Shown: piece after piece, positions 26,552 through 40,095 of the stretch
How the letters are laid out: the number at the start of each line of letters is the position of its first letter
How positions within the stretch are numbered: the stretch's first letter is position 1
Assembly: GCA_951406725.2 (NCBI GenBank)
Contig: OX597840.1
Location: 5,332,001 to 5,396,000 of the forward strand
Direction of reading: 5' to 3'
Origin: Octopus vulgaris
Taxonomy: Eukaryota
Length of the DNA stretch: 64,000 nucleotides
Program-made: the position numbers and the translations under genes
Notes under the pieces: model-generated
Databases searched by the model: none
Told to the model about the DNA's origin: nothing
The model's input: only the letters and a program-made list of their open reading frames with translations

Positions 26552-26664
26552 TACACAGAAAATAACAAGGAGAGAAAAAAATGCGTGTAGGAGCTAACGA
26601 TCTATCACGTGTGTATGTGTGTGTGTGTATACCAGTATATATATATTCTACCTGTATGTCTGTG

Positions 26665-26870
26665 CACACCTTTGAATGCAATATATGCCAGAAGGTTTGC
26701 AATTCTAACAGAGGTCTCAAATGACATTTTAAGATTCCACAAAGATCAGAACCTAACTGCAGCTCTTGGTGGTCCAAACCGGATATGCAATCTATGTGGG
26801 TGTGCTTTTAATAAATTGTCTGGTTTAAAAAGCCCCATCAGATGCCATGATGATTCAAAGGTATAGGTAC
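26665..26870 (+). pseudogene. Decayed double C2H2 zinc finger, probably the C-terminus of an RTE-like LINE ORF
   Basis: FECNICQKVCNSNRGLK*HFKI(fs)H then ICNLCGCAFNKLSGLKSPIRCH; one stop, one frameshift, no splice signals. Confidence 0.65.
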
Positions 26871-26979
26871 AGAGATGGTCAAAGATTAGACAACCACCAC
26901 CATATATACACATACTTTTCTAATTCTATATACATTATCTATTTTTCTGTCTGTCTGTGTATCTATCTATTATTACTAT

Positions 26980-27533
26980 TGAGTGAGAGAGCAGTGCATG
27001 TCATCAAAGTGACACTGGGGTAAATATACGAAGCCCAGTATACCCATCATGACTACCCATTTGATAAGGGTACACCAGGCATATGCATCACAACCATATG
27101 TGCGCGGCATGGTGATCTCATATCAAGATAAACAGCAATTGACCTTGTAGGTGGGGCCCAGTTAGAATTTTCTTCTGGTCGAGTCGCCCTTCCCTCTCCT
27201 AAGGTCCCTGAATAAGGGTTGTTTAAGGATGTTGAAAGAACCACCCATGTTTCCAGAGGTGAATTATTCAAACCGCAAAGAATCCCTCTCAACACACGGC
27301 TATGATGCTCCCCCACTACTTCTGCTCGTGATCAGAGATGCACATGTCGTCAGCCACCAAGGGACATGGTCAACTGGTTAAGGTCAAACAACTGACAAGC
27401 AAATCTGTGGTATTGAGCAGAATATTTGCTGTAGCCCATCTTTTATACCAAGACAAAACAATGTACGTGATAACACTTCCAATCAGTTAAGATCAGAAGC
27501 CATGAGAGCCACTGCCTGGTACTGCATCAGGGC

Positions 27534-27536
<3 letters not shown>
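26980..27536 (-). mobile_element. Non-coding interspersed repeat embedded in (TAA)n; partial copy 41245-41510
   Basis: Two copies share the same end gagtgagagagca..; both are bordered by (TAT)n. Confidence 0.65.
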
Positions 27537-27564
<28 letters not shown>

Positions 27565-27772
27565 TTGAAGGTGGGGAACTGGCAGAATCATTACCACACT
27601 GGACAAAATGCTTAGTGGTATTTCAATGACCTGAGTTCAAATTTCTCTGAGGATGGCTTTGCTTTTTATCCTTCCAGAGTTGATAAATTTTAGTACCAGT
27701 GAAATATTGGGGTCGATGTAATCGATCAGTCCCCTCCCCAAAATTTCAGGCCTTGTGCCTATGTTAGAAAGG

Positions 27773-27811
<39 letters not shown>

Positions 27812-27959
27812 GTTAACTGGCAGAAAGGTGGCCAAACAAATTGCTTAGTGGCACTTTGTCTTTATGATCTGAGTTCAAATTTTGCTGAGGTTCACTTTGC
27901 CTTTCATCCTTTCGGTGGGAATAGTGATCAACAAGATAAGTACCTGTTAAGAAATGTAC

Positions 27960-28982
27960 CAGTGTCTATCAGTTTATGGGAAAGACTGGTTGAATGAAAG
28001 AACTTGCAGAAGATGGTTTGAAAAATTCAGAAGTGGAGATTTCAGCCTTGAATATGAAGATTGAACAGGACATCAAGTTAAGTTTGATGATAGGTTCCTT
28101 GAGGCATTACTTGAAGAAAATCCTGCATTACCAGTTGAAGAATTGGCAATGAAGCTTAGTTCAAACCATACATCTGTTCATCGTCATCTTCAACAACTTG
28201 GAAAGGTTTCTAAACTTGGAAAATGGGTGCCTCATGAATTGTCCAAAAGCAACAGCAAATCCCGAGTTGACATCTCCTCTTCTCTCCATTCTCACGAACA
28301 CATTTCACCCTTTTGGATAGACTTGTGACTTGTGACGAAAAATGATTTTCTATTGAAATGTTAAATGTCATAAACAGTGGCTTGGTAAAAGGGAAAAAGC
28401 TCAACCACAACTGAGAAGGGAACTTCATGGGAAAAAGGTTCTTCTCTGTATCTGATGGGATTGCAAAGGAGTAATTCACTTTGAATTGTTACCACCTAAT
28501 GCAACAATCAATGCTCAAGTCTTCTGTCAGCAATTAGAGCGTTTAAACCAAGCTTTGAAGGAAAAAAGACCCACTTTAGTTAATCGAATTGGAGTGATGT
28601 TTCATCAGGACAATGTGCGACCCCACACTGCAAAGATCACATCACAGAAGACTGAAAAGCTTGGTTGGGAAAAAATTCCTCATCCACCTTATTCTCCCGA
28701 CCTTGCTCCTTCAGACTACCATTTGTTTCATAGTTTACAGAATCATTTGGGGGACATAACTTTCACAAGCCAGGAGGAGGTCGAAACTGACATTTCAGAG
28801 TTCGTCGCTTTGAAATCAAAAGAGTTTTACATTGATGGGATTAAAAAGCTTGTAAATAAATGGAAGGAAGTCATAGATAATCAGGGAAAGTACATTGATG
28901 ATTAAATTTCAATTAAATATAACATTTGATCACTTGATTTCTTTATTCAAAATTCGGACAGAACTTATGAGATGACCTGATA
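27960..28982 (+). mobile_element. Mariner (DD34D-type) transposon, 5'-truncated and pseudogenised
   Basis: WVPHEL, VTCDEK, HQDNVRPH and YSPDLAPSDYHLF motifs with stops and frameshifts; TIR-like end ..gaacttatgagatgacctgaTA. Confidence 0.92.
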
Positions 28983-29341
28983 TGTGTGTGTGTATGTATA
29001 TATATAAATATGTGTTTATGCATATGCATATATATATGTACGTGTGTATGTATATGTATATATGTATATGTACATGTATGTATTTGTATATATATATACA
29101 TTTACACACACACACACACACACATATATTTAAATATATATGTCAATTAAATATATGTGTATGTATACATTTATAAGTATATATATATATGTATACATGC
29201 ATATATATATGTATATGTACATATATATATATATATATATGTGTGTGTGTATGTGTATACATATATATATATGTATATATACATATATATATACATGCAT
29301 ATATACATATGTGTGTGTATATATATATACACATATATACA

Positions 29342-29386
<45 letters not shown>

Positions 29387-29688
29387 ACACACACGCTGAT
29401 ATGTGTGTGTGTGTTACTGTAAAGATTTGGCTGACAGAGGTAGTAACACATTGACAGCGGTGAGACCAATCAACAATGGAATGTCTTAGACACAGGTGTG
29501 CTTCATTCGTGATTCGTTGTTCTCAGAGTTCTTGTAGAAGAACAACAGGTGTATATAGAGCCGTCTTGGAACACATGCAGCGGAAGAATTCTATAGAATC
29601 AAATTCTTGGAAAAGAGCAACCTCAACCATCATAAGTATTGGTAAATGTGTTTATATATGTGTATATGTGTGTGTATATGTATATGTG

Positions 29689-29748
<60 letters not shown>

Positions 29749-29783
29749 TATATACATATGTATATACATTATTTTTATATGTG

Positions 29784-29960
<177 letters not shown>

Positions 29961-30193
29961 ATTTATTGTTTTTCTTGTTTCGGTCATATGACTGTGGCAC
30001 TGCTGGGGCACTGCCCTTAGTTGGAGACATTAACCCCAGGATTTATTCTTTGCAAGCCTTGCACTTATTCTATTGGTTAGTTTTGCCAAACGGAATGTAA
30101 GCACAGCAGCATCTGTAGTCAAGCGATGGTGGGCGTACAAACACAGACACCCCCCCCACACACACATACATATATATTTATATGCATATATAA

Positions 30194-30234
<41 letters not shown>

Positions 30235-30528
30235 TATACATACATATATATATATACATATATAAATAAGTATATAAATGCATATATATACATATATATA
30301 TTCAAAGGTGGGCGTACAAACACAGACACCCACACGCACACACACACACACACACACACATACATATATATTTATATGCATATATAAATACATATATATA
30401 TATATATACATACATATACATATATATATACATATATAAATAAGTATATAAATGCATATATATACATATATATATATTCAAAGGTATATTTTTTTGCCTT
30501 GTAAAAACATTATGCTCAGGTCATATAT

Positions 30529-30938
30529 AGGCGCAGGAGTGGCTGTGTGGTAAGTAGCTTGCTAACCAACCACATGGTTCCGGGTTCAGTCCCACTGCGT
30601 GGCATCTTGGGCAAGTGTCTTCTGCTATAGCCCCGGGCCGACCAATGCCTTGTGAGTGGATTTGGTAGACGGAAACTGAAAGAAGCCTGTCGTATATATG
30701 TATATATATGTATGTGTGTGTATGTTTGTGTGTCTGTGTTTGTCCCCCTAGCATTGCTTGACAACCGATGCTGGTGTGTTTACGTCCCCGTCACTTAGCG
30801 GTTCGGCAAAAGAGACCGATAGAATAAGTACTGGGCTTACAAAGAATAAGTCCTAGGGTCGATTTGCTCGACTAAAGGCGGTGCTCCTGCATGGCCGCAG
30901 TCAAATGACTGAAACAAATAAAAAGAGTAAAAAGAGTA
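30529..30938 (+). mobile_element. SINE family A; other + copies near 890-1245, 1524-1980, 5761-6125, 24500-24915, 38028-38280, 45220-45655, 59866-60280, 62278-62688
   Basis: Near-identical to 8799-9200. Confidence 0.9.
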
Positions 30939-31157
30939 TATATTTAATATTAACTTAATATTTACTGAGCATTGAAACAGCTGTAAGGGATGATGATTAA
31001 TTTGCTGTTAGTAATAAACAATTATTATCTTCACAATCTCCATTTCCTTTTTCCTCTATGACTTTCTCTCACTCTTTCAGTCATGGTTAACTCTCTCACA
31101 ACCTCTCCTCCACTGTATCACTATTTTCTCGCCTCTCCCTTCACTAATATTACTCTA

Positions 31158-31332
31158 GATGTTGCTATCCAGAAGATCCAAGGTTACAGGTGACACTATA
31201 TAAGTGCTAAGAAAGGACCTTAAACTCTCGGTTTGATAATAATATGAGTGAGGAGTCTAATGAGCATGTATATGTTCAATAAAATGGGACATCAAAGCCG
31301 AAGCTTTGTTGTCCCATTTTATTTAATATGTG
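31158..31332. repeat. Interspersed ~175-bp repeat with terminal hairpin; second copy about 56050-56225
   Basis: Near-identical copies; AATAAAATGGGACAtCAAAGC cgaa GCTTTGtTGTCCCATTTTATT just before (TA)n. Confidence 0.8.
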
Positions 31333-31347
31333 TATATATATATATAT

Positions 31348-31732
31348 GTGGAGGCGCAATGGCCCAGTGGTTAGGGCAGCGGACTCGCTGTCATAGGATT
31401 GCAGTTTCGATTCCCAGACCGGGCGTTGTGAGTGTTTATTGAGCGAAAACACCTAAAGCTCCATGAGGCTCCGGCAGGGGATGGTGGTGATCTCTGCTGT
31501 ACTCTTTCACCACAACTTTCTCTCACTCTTACTTCCTGTTTCTGTTGTACCTGTATTTCAAAGGGCCGGCCTTGTCACTCTCTGTGTCACGCTGAATATC
31601 CCCGAGAACTACGTTAAGGGTACACGTGTCTGTGGAGTGCTCAACCACTTACACGTTAATTTCACGAGCTGGCTGTTCCATTGATTCGGATCAACCGGAA
31701 CCCTCGTCATCGTAACCGACGGAGTGCTTCCA
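31348..31732 (+). mobile_element. tRNA-head SINE family B (tail type 1)
   Basis: gtggaggcgcaatggcccagtggttagggcagcggactc...gtttcgattcccagacc head. Confidence 0.88.
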
Positions 31733-32178
31733 CACTACTCTTTCTCTATTCTACTGTTTTATATATGTGGGTGGCTGTTTTGTAAACAAAAAAATTACAT
31801 TTTCTTTTTATTTTCGTTTGATATTACTATATTATTAACTTTGAATTAGGACATTTATTACTCTTTAGTGGATAATATATCAGTTTGTAGTTATTAATTT
31901 TTAATTTCTTGATTTTTAATTAGATAACCCAATTATTTTTGTAGTTAATTTTTGTTTCATTAAATTTATCTGCCTTTACCAGACATTTACATATTGTGAA
32001 TTTTAATGTTAATAAAATGCTGGAGTGGTTTTTTTATATATATTTTTCCAGTTTTGAATGATCTGGCATTCTAGTAATTTTTCATTTCATTTTATTTGTT
32101 CATTGTCGTCTGGGCTATGAAAGTTTTTTTTTTCTTTTCAATATATTTGTTGGTCGTAATTAATCCTACCAAAATGTT

Positions 32179-32264
32179 ATTCCTGAAGAAGAAGCTAATT
32201 TTTATTTCAAGAAGAGTTTTTCGTTTTTGTCTTTGGAATTAGACTCTGAAACAATTTGTAGAAT
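32179..32264 (+). ncRNA. Hammerhead ribozyme with long stem II
   Basis: ATTC-CTGAAGA-AGAagCTAATTT...GAATTAGacTCT-GAAACA att TGTA-GAAT. Confidence 0.7.
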
Positions 32265-32336
32265 TTATAGTGGATCTGTACCAACCTGGATTATGAATTA
32301 TGTTTTCATGGGTAATATGAACTTCTTTGAATGGAA

Positions 32337-32709
32337 TGGAAGCACTCCGTCAGTTACGACGACGAGTGTTCCGGTTGATCCGATCAACGGAACAGCCTGC
32401 TCGTGAAATTAACGTGTAAGTGGCTGAGCACTCCACAGACACGTGTACCCTTAACATAGTTCTCGGGGATATTCAGAGTGACAAGGCTGGCCCTTTGAAA
32501 TACAGGTACAACTGAAACAGGAAGTAAGAGTGAGAGAAAGTTGTGGTGAAAGAGTACAGCAGGGATCACCACCATCCCCTGCCGGAGCCTCGTGGAGCTT
32601 TTAGGTGTTTTCGCTCAATAAACACTCACAACGCCCGGTCTGGGAATCGAAACCGCGATCCTATGACCGTGAGTCCGCTGCCCTAACCACTGGGCCATTG
32701 CGCCTCCAC
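32337..32709 (-). mobile_element. SINE family B (tail type 1)
   Basis: Inverted near-copy of 31348-31732. Confidence 0.88.
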
Positions 32710-33077
32710 TTTTTTGAAGCATATGGATTCAACTAATCAGGGATTATTTTTTAACATGGATTCCTTTTAACTCAAAGAGCAAACATAATGTCCACATTAG
32801 CTTAAAGATTTTTTATATCAATGCAGACATGTAATTTATTCCTTACTATAAAATATTATAAAATAAATTATTTATACATGTTTTATTAAATTGCAAAATA
32901 ATAGTTGTTAAATAAGAATTTTATCATACTATATTTCTTTCTCTCTCTATCTCTATCTATCTATCTATCTATCTATTTGTCTGCCTGTTTGTCTATCTAC
33001 CTGTCTATCTATCTTTCTATTTATCTGTCTATCTATCTGTCTGTCCGTCTATCTGTCTGCCTGTCTGTCTGTCTGTC

Positions 33078-33120
<43 letters not shown>

Positions 33121-33214
33121 TTATCTATGTACGTTGTTGTCTATCTGACTATTTGGCTAGATAGTCAGATGGATAGACTGACAGATAGATGTGTATGTGT
33201 GTGTGTGTATGTGT

Positions 33215-33255
<41 letters not shown>

Positions 33256-33266
33256 TATACATATAC

Positions 33267-33314
<48 letters not shown>

Positions 33315-33449
33315 TATATATATAACAGCCACTCTTTTCCTTCTCTGCGTTTTATTAATACTTTGCATGTGCTATGTCCTTACGTTGTGTTTTTTTGTGT
33401 CTTTTTCTCTATTTTTAAAATTAACCATATACATATATGCTTATATGTA

Positions 33450-33481
<32 letters not shown>

Positions 33482-34727
33482 CATCCCCCTACAAACACAT
33501 ATATGTGTGTACAAACGTGTGTGTGTTTGTCTGTGTGCAATGTTGTGAAAGTATATGTAGGCGTTTTTTCTTGGCTCCTGGGTCCTCTCTGTATGGCCAT
33601 CTGACTGCCCATCCGTCTGTCTGTGTGTCTTTCAAAGAACATCCCTTGAGTAACCAGATAAACACTATCCTGAAGCGCTTTCGGCACAAAAAAAAAGAAT
33701 AAATAAATAGTCATAAAAAAGAAAAAAATGTACAGAAAACTAAAAAAGGAAGATAAAAATTTAATATAAAAAAAAACAAAGTTACATACATTAACAAAAC
33801 AAAGAAACAAAAATAGTCAAACAATAAACAAAATTAATCAAAAAAATAAACAAAAATAATGAAAAAATAAACAAAAATAATCAAAAAATAAACAAAACTA
33901 ATCAAAAAATAAACAAAATTAATCAAAAAATACACAAAAAAAAATCAAAATGTATTATGTTTCCATTTAAGTTTATAATTTGTATTTTATTTGCTGAAAT
34001 TGTTGTTGTTGTTGTAACAGATGTCATTATTGTGGTTGTTGATGTTATGGATGTCGTTATTGAAATTGCTGTTGATGTCGTTGTTGTTAAACATTGTCAT
34101 TATAGATGTCATTATTGCTGTTTTTGTTGTTGTTGTTGTTGATGTCGTTATGGATGTTAGCATCGTTACAGATGTTGTTATGATTGTTGTTACAGATGCC
34201 AACATTGTAGATAATGTTGCAGTCTTAATTATACAAATCATTATGGGGTAGATTCACTGAAAGGGACAGAACCTACATGGAGACAGAAAACATGGGAACA
34301 GATTCATAAATAGACACGAGCCCAATAAAGGAAGAAGGCACTTGCCCAAGATGCCTCGCAGAGGGACTGAACCCGAAACCATGTGGTTTGTAATCAAGCT
34401 ACTTACCACACTGCCACTCCTATGCCTATAAAGTTATAATAATAATAATAATAATAATGATAATAATAATGATAATGATAATAATAATGATAATGATAAT
34501 GATAATAATAATGATAATGATAATAATAATAATAATGATAATAATAATAATAATGATAATAAATATGATAATGATAATAATAATGATAATGATAATAATA
34601 ATGATAATGATAATAATAATAATAATGATAATGATAATAATAATGATAATGATAATAATAATAATGATAATAATAATGATAATGATAATATAATAATAAT
34701 AATTATTATTATTATTATGATTATGAA

Positions 34728-34761
<34 letters not shown>

Positions 34762-36014
34762 GTAATAATAATATGTTGTTAATATTGTTGTTGTTACAGC
34801 TGTTATTGTTGTTGTTGTTGTTGTTGTTACAGATGCCAACATTGTAGATAATGTTGCTGTCTTTATTATAGATATCATTATGGTTATCGTTATGTTGTTA
34901 ATATTGTTGTTGTTACAGCTGTTATTATTGTTGTTGTTGTTGTTGTTGTTGTTGTTACAGACATAGTTATGGCTCTCCATGCAAATTGTTGTCTGTCCTT
35001 GTGATGTCCCCCCTCATCAATGCCCCTGTGGCTAATAAAAGGAATTACTATTGATGCTGTTCTTACAGATGTTGTTGGTATTGTTGTTAATAATATTGTT
35101 GTTGTTGTTGTTGTTTTTGTTGGCATTTTCAATTTTCTTTCAAAATGAAAAATTTCCCCTAACAAGATTTTTTTCAAAAGAGTTCTGGGGGTTTTTATTT
35201 CCTTTTTTATCGGGTTTTATTTGTATTTAAGTCCCATTTTTAAAAAAATATTTTTGTATGTTTTTTAATATTTTTCCATTACATTTTGTAATTCCTTCCC
35301 TTTTTGTCATCTCCTCCCTTCGCACCCACCCCTCTTCCTCCTCCTCCGCCTCCTCCTCTGCCTCCTCCCACCCCTATTCTACTCAAGCTGTCCTCCTACC
35401 TCCTTCATCTTTTTCTTTCACGCATTGTTTCTCTCTCTCTGTTCATCTCTCTCTTCATCGCTCTCTCTCTCACTTTCTCTCCTTCTCTCTCTCTCACTCT
35501 CTTTCTCTCTCTCTCACTCTCTCTCTCTCTCTCTCTCTCATATTTCAAAAGAAATGCAATTGAAAATAATAACAACACAAACAACAAAAACAGTAGCAGC
35601 AGTAGTAGTTACTCTTCTACTTGTTTCAGTCATTTGACTGTGGCCATGCTGGAGCACCGCCTTTGGTCGAGCAGATCGACCCCAGGACTTATTCTTTGTA
35701 AGCCTAGTACTTATTCTATCAGTCTCTTTTGCCGAACCGCTAAGCAACGGGGACGTAAACACACCAGCATCGGTTGTCAAGCAATGCTAGGGGGACAAAC
35801 ACAGACACACAAACACATACACACACACATACATACATATATATATATACATATATACGACAGGCTTCTCTCAGTTTCTGTCTACCAAAACCACTCACAA
35901 GGCTTTGGTCGGCCCGGGGCTATAGCAGAAGACACTTGCCCAAGATGCCACGCAGTGGGACTGAACCCGGAACCATGTGGTTGATAAACAAGCTACTTAC
36001 CACACAGCCACTCC

Positions 36015-36066
<52 letters not shown>

Positions 36067-36770
36067 AAAACTTACTTATATATACGACGGGCTTCTTTCA
36101 ATTTCCGTCTACCAACTCCACTCACAAGGCTTTGGTCGGCCTGAGGCTATAGCAGAAGACACTTGCCCAAGGTGCGCCTATATATATATATACATATATA
36201 CGACAGGCTTCTCTCAGTTTCTGTCTACCAAATCCACTCACAAGGCTTTGGTCAGCCCGAGGCTATAGCAGAAGACACTTGTCCAAGGTGCCACGCAGTG
36301 GGACTGAACCCGGAACCATGTGGTTGGTAAACAAGCTACTTACCACACAGCCACTCCTGCACCTACGTATGTAGATATATGTGTGTTTGTATCTCTGCAC
36401 ATATATGCATGTGCTTGCATCTGTTGTGTGTGTACATATGGGTGCATTTATATCTATGCATGTTTGTGTGTGTATGTGTTGTAGATGTGTGTGCTTGTAT
36501 CTGTGTGCATGCATGTGTGTGTGCTTGTATTTGCTATGTGTGTGAATATATGTGTGTGTGTGTGTTGGATATGTCTGTGTGCGCGTATCTCCCATGTGTG
36601 TATGTGTGTGTGTTTGTATTTATGCACGTATGTGTGTGCTTGTATCTGCTCTGTGTGTGTGTGTGAGTTTGAATCTGTGCACATATGTGTGTGTGCCTGT
36701 ATCTGCTGTGTGTGTGTACGTTCATTTTAGAATTGAGAAGTACAGCTAGCTGGAAGAGAGTGTAAAAATG

Positions 36771-36807
<37 letters not shown>

Positions 36808-37348
36808 GCATACACACACATATACACACACATACGCATACACACACACACACGCACACACATTTTGTAGTATATCATCTTTAGTATCTTTGAATCATCG
36901 CGACTATTGCTAATCTAATTCCACATTTATCAAAAGCTTTTTATTGCAATTTCTCTCTTAATCCAATTTCAAGACAATCTAGGTCCCTTGACACACCTGC
37001 ACAAAGGTTTGGCACTTAACAGAAAACCATTGGTTGTTGCCTTGGCACAGGTATCCATTTATTCTCCCACCTCCCTTAGGATGCCATTTTTAAGTGATTT
37101 CATGAAAATGTCCGAAATCCTTCAATTACAATGTCAGTCCATCGAGCAATATCATTATTCTTTTATCTTTCATCTTTTACTTGTTTCAATCATTGGACTG
37201 TGGCTATGCTCAGTCTTGAAGGGTTTTAGTTGAACAAATTGGCCCCAGGATTTATAATTTTTTTCTTTTTAAATTCTGGTATTATTTTGCTAGTCTCTTT
37301 TGCCACACTAAGTTATGGGGACATAAACAAACCAACACCAATGTGTGG

Positions 37349-37382
<34 letters not shown>

Positions 37383-37832
37383 ATCATCATCCTCATCGTT
37401 AAACGTCCGCTTTCCATGCTAGCATGGGTTGGACGATTTTCACTGAGGGCTGGCAAACCAGATGGCTGCACCAGGCTCCAATCTTGATCTGGCAGAGTTT
37501 CTACAGCTTGATGCCCTTCCTAACGCCAAGCACTCCGAGAGTGTAGTGGGTGCTTTTTACATGCCACTGGCACGGGGGCCAGTCGGGTGGTACTGGCAAT
37601 GACGTCGCTCAAAGCTTTTTACACGTGCTAGTGAAGTGACGTTGGTAAAGATCATGCTCGAATGGTGCCCTTTTATGTGCCACGGGTACAGAAGCCAGTT
37701 GGCTGCTCTGGCAACGATCATGCTCAGATGGTGCTCTTGGCACCCTACTAGCACTGTGTATATTCAAGAAAAATAATAAAATAGAGATACATCAGTTAAT
37801 AAGTATATTTATTAACTGCAAAAATAAACATG

Positions 37833-37885
37833 ATCTTTACAGCTGTTTCGATTCATTCTTTAAAGCAGAACCTCATCATAGGCAA
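37833..37885 (-). ncRNA. Degenerate hammerhead motif
   Basis: Minus strand ATGATGA-GGTTC...GAATC-GAAAC-AGCT-GTA; C3 is lost and stem I is poor. Confidence 0.4.
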
Positions 37886-38581
37886 AATAAATGATATACC
37901 AATATAATATTAGGTGTTAAGTATATGGAACATTACGACAAACTGAGTATTGTTATATGAATAAGTTCGGTATAGACCTTTTAAGGGGGACATAGGGTGT
38001 ATATTTAGTAGGAAGGTAAATATATATAGGCGCAGGAGTGGCTGTATGGTAAGTAGCTTGCTTACAAACCACATGGTTCCGGGTTCAGTCCCACTGTGTG
38101 GCATCTTGGGCAAGTGTCTTCTGCTATAGCCTCGGGCCAACCAATGCCTTGTGAGTGGATTTGGTAGACGGAAACTGAAAGAAGCCTGTCGTATATATGT
38201 ATATATATATATATGTGTGTGTGTGTGTATGGTTGTGTGTGTTTATCCCCCTAGCATTGCTTGACAACCAATGCTGGTATTAGTTGTAGTATAATAGGCA
38301 TAATGGCGGTGGTAGTAGTAGTAGTAGTATCGGCAGCAACAACATTATTATTATCATTATTATTGTTATTATTATTATCATTATTATTATTATTATCATC
38401 ATCATCCTTATTATTATTATTATTATTATTATTATTGTTATTATTTTTATTATTTTTATTATTATCATTATTGTTGTTATCCTCCTCCTCCTCCTCCTCC
38501 TCATCATCATCATCATTATTATTATTATTATTATTATTATCATCATCCTTATTATTATTATTATTATTATTATCATCATCC

Positions 38582-38632
<51 letters not shown>

Positions 38633-39545
38633 TTATTATTATTATTATCATTATTATTATTATCATTATTATTATTATTATTATTATCATCATTGTTATT
38701 ATGGTATTGTACTGGGCAAAATATTTAGCAGCATTTCGTCTGTCTTTATGTTCTGAGTTCAAATCCCACCGAGGTCAATTTTGCCTTCCATCCTTTTGGG
38801 GGGTCGATAAGAAAATGTATCAGTTGAGTATTGGGGGCTGATGTAATCAACTTAAACCCTTCTGAAAATTTCTGGTCTTGTAACAAAATTTTAAATCATT
38901 ATTAATGTTAATGCTAGAGGCAGTAAATATTATACTTGCATTCTTGCTCAATCTAAGCCTCAATGAAAGACCTTCCTGCCATGACCATTACCTTCCCTCC
39001 ACCCCACTACACTTTCTATATAACTGCTCCTTCTATTCAGGATGCCAGAGTACAATTTGTGGGAGACATTACTGCTATTTCTAGCAAGTCATGTGACCAC
39101 CTAGCGGCTCCTACATTGGCTCTGCTTGTGAAGCAATGAGCCAAGATCCATCTTGCATAGCAGTGCCATCTGTCGTTGAATTTGTGATCAATGTTATAAG
39201 ATTTAATTTGTGCATGGGTTAACGAGTTTTTTGCTGCTGGCACATGTAGGAGTGTATGGGTGTGTATATATGTGTGTGTATATAGGAGTGCATGCATCCA
39301 TGTACATATGTGTGTATGTATGAATATAGGTGTCTATATGTGTGCACTGTATTTGTGTATGTGTGTGTATGAATGTATATGTATGTATATGGATTTGTGT
39401 ATGTGTGTGTGTGTGTATGCATTTATATATGTATGTATGATGGGTGTGTGTGTGTGCATATATATATATATATATATAAGGAAGTGCCCCAGCATGTCCA
39501 CACTCCAGTTATTGAAACAAATACAAATTTATAAGATAGGTATAC

Positions 39546-39595
<50 letters not shown>

Positions 39596-39604
39596 CTAAA
39601 AATA

Positions 39605-39651
39605 AGGGTGTCTGAGAGACACCACCATGTCGAAATAGCAGTCAAAACCCT
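39605..39651 (+). ncRNA. Degenerate hammerhead motif
   Basis: AGGGTgt-CTGAGA (one base short)-GACA ccacca TGTC-GAAA-tagcaGTC-aaaACCCT. Confidence 0.4.
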
Positions 39652-40056
39652 GACTTTAAAAAGGCACGTTAAAATGTTCATATCGTACCATGAGATAAGA
39701 CAGAGGGACAAAATAGACTAGCAAAAAATATTATTAAAAAAAAAAATTATTACCTTTGTACGGTATTTTTTCCCATGCTGGCCACTTGATAATATCGATA
39801 TTTAAATATCGATATTATCCTTATTTATAAATATATATATATATATATATACTCTTTTACTCTTTTACTTGTTTCTGTCATTTGACTGCGGCCATGCTGG
39901 AGCACCGCCTTTAATCGAGCAACTCGACCCCGGAATTTATTCTTTTGTAAGTACTTATTCTATCGGTCTCTTTTGCCGAACCGCTAGGTTACGGGGACGT
40001 AAACACACCAGCATCGGTTGTCAAGCGATGTTGGGGGGACAAACACAGACACACAA

Positions 40057-40095
<39 letters not shown>

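Noticed and set aside
29476-29645. Candidate + strand exon ending in TIISIG|gtaaat
   Set aside because: No acceptor with a pyrimidine tract in the phase needed to follow 16298, and the peptide is not convincingly IA-2-like.
31348-31420. tRNA-like A and B boxes
   Set aside because: These are SINE heads continuing into SINE bodies, with no complete cloverleaf; not tRNA genes.
33638-33702. Terminal-exon-like EHPLSNQINTILKRFRHKKKE*
   Set aside because: Weak aag acceptor, and no intervening transmembrane or phosphatase exons were found.
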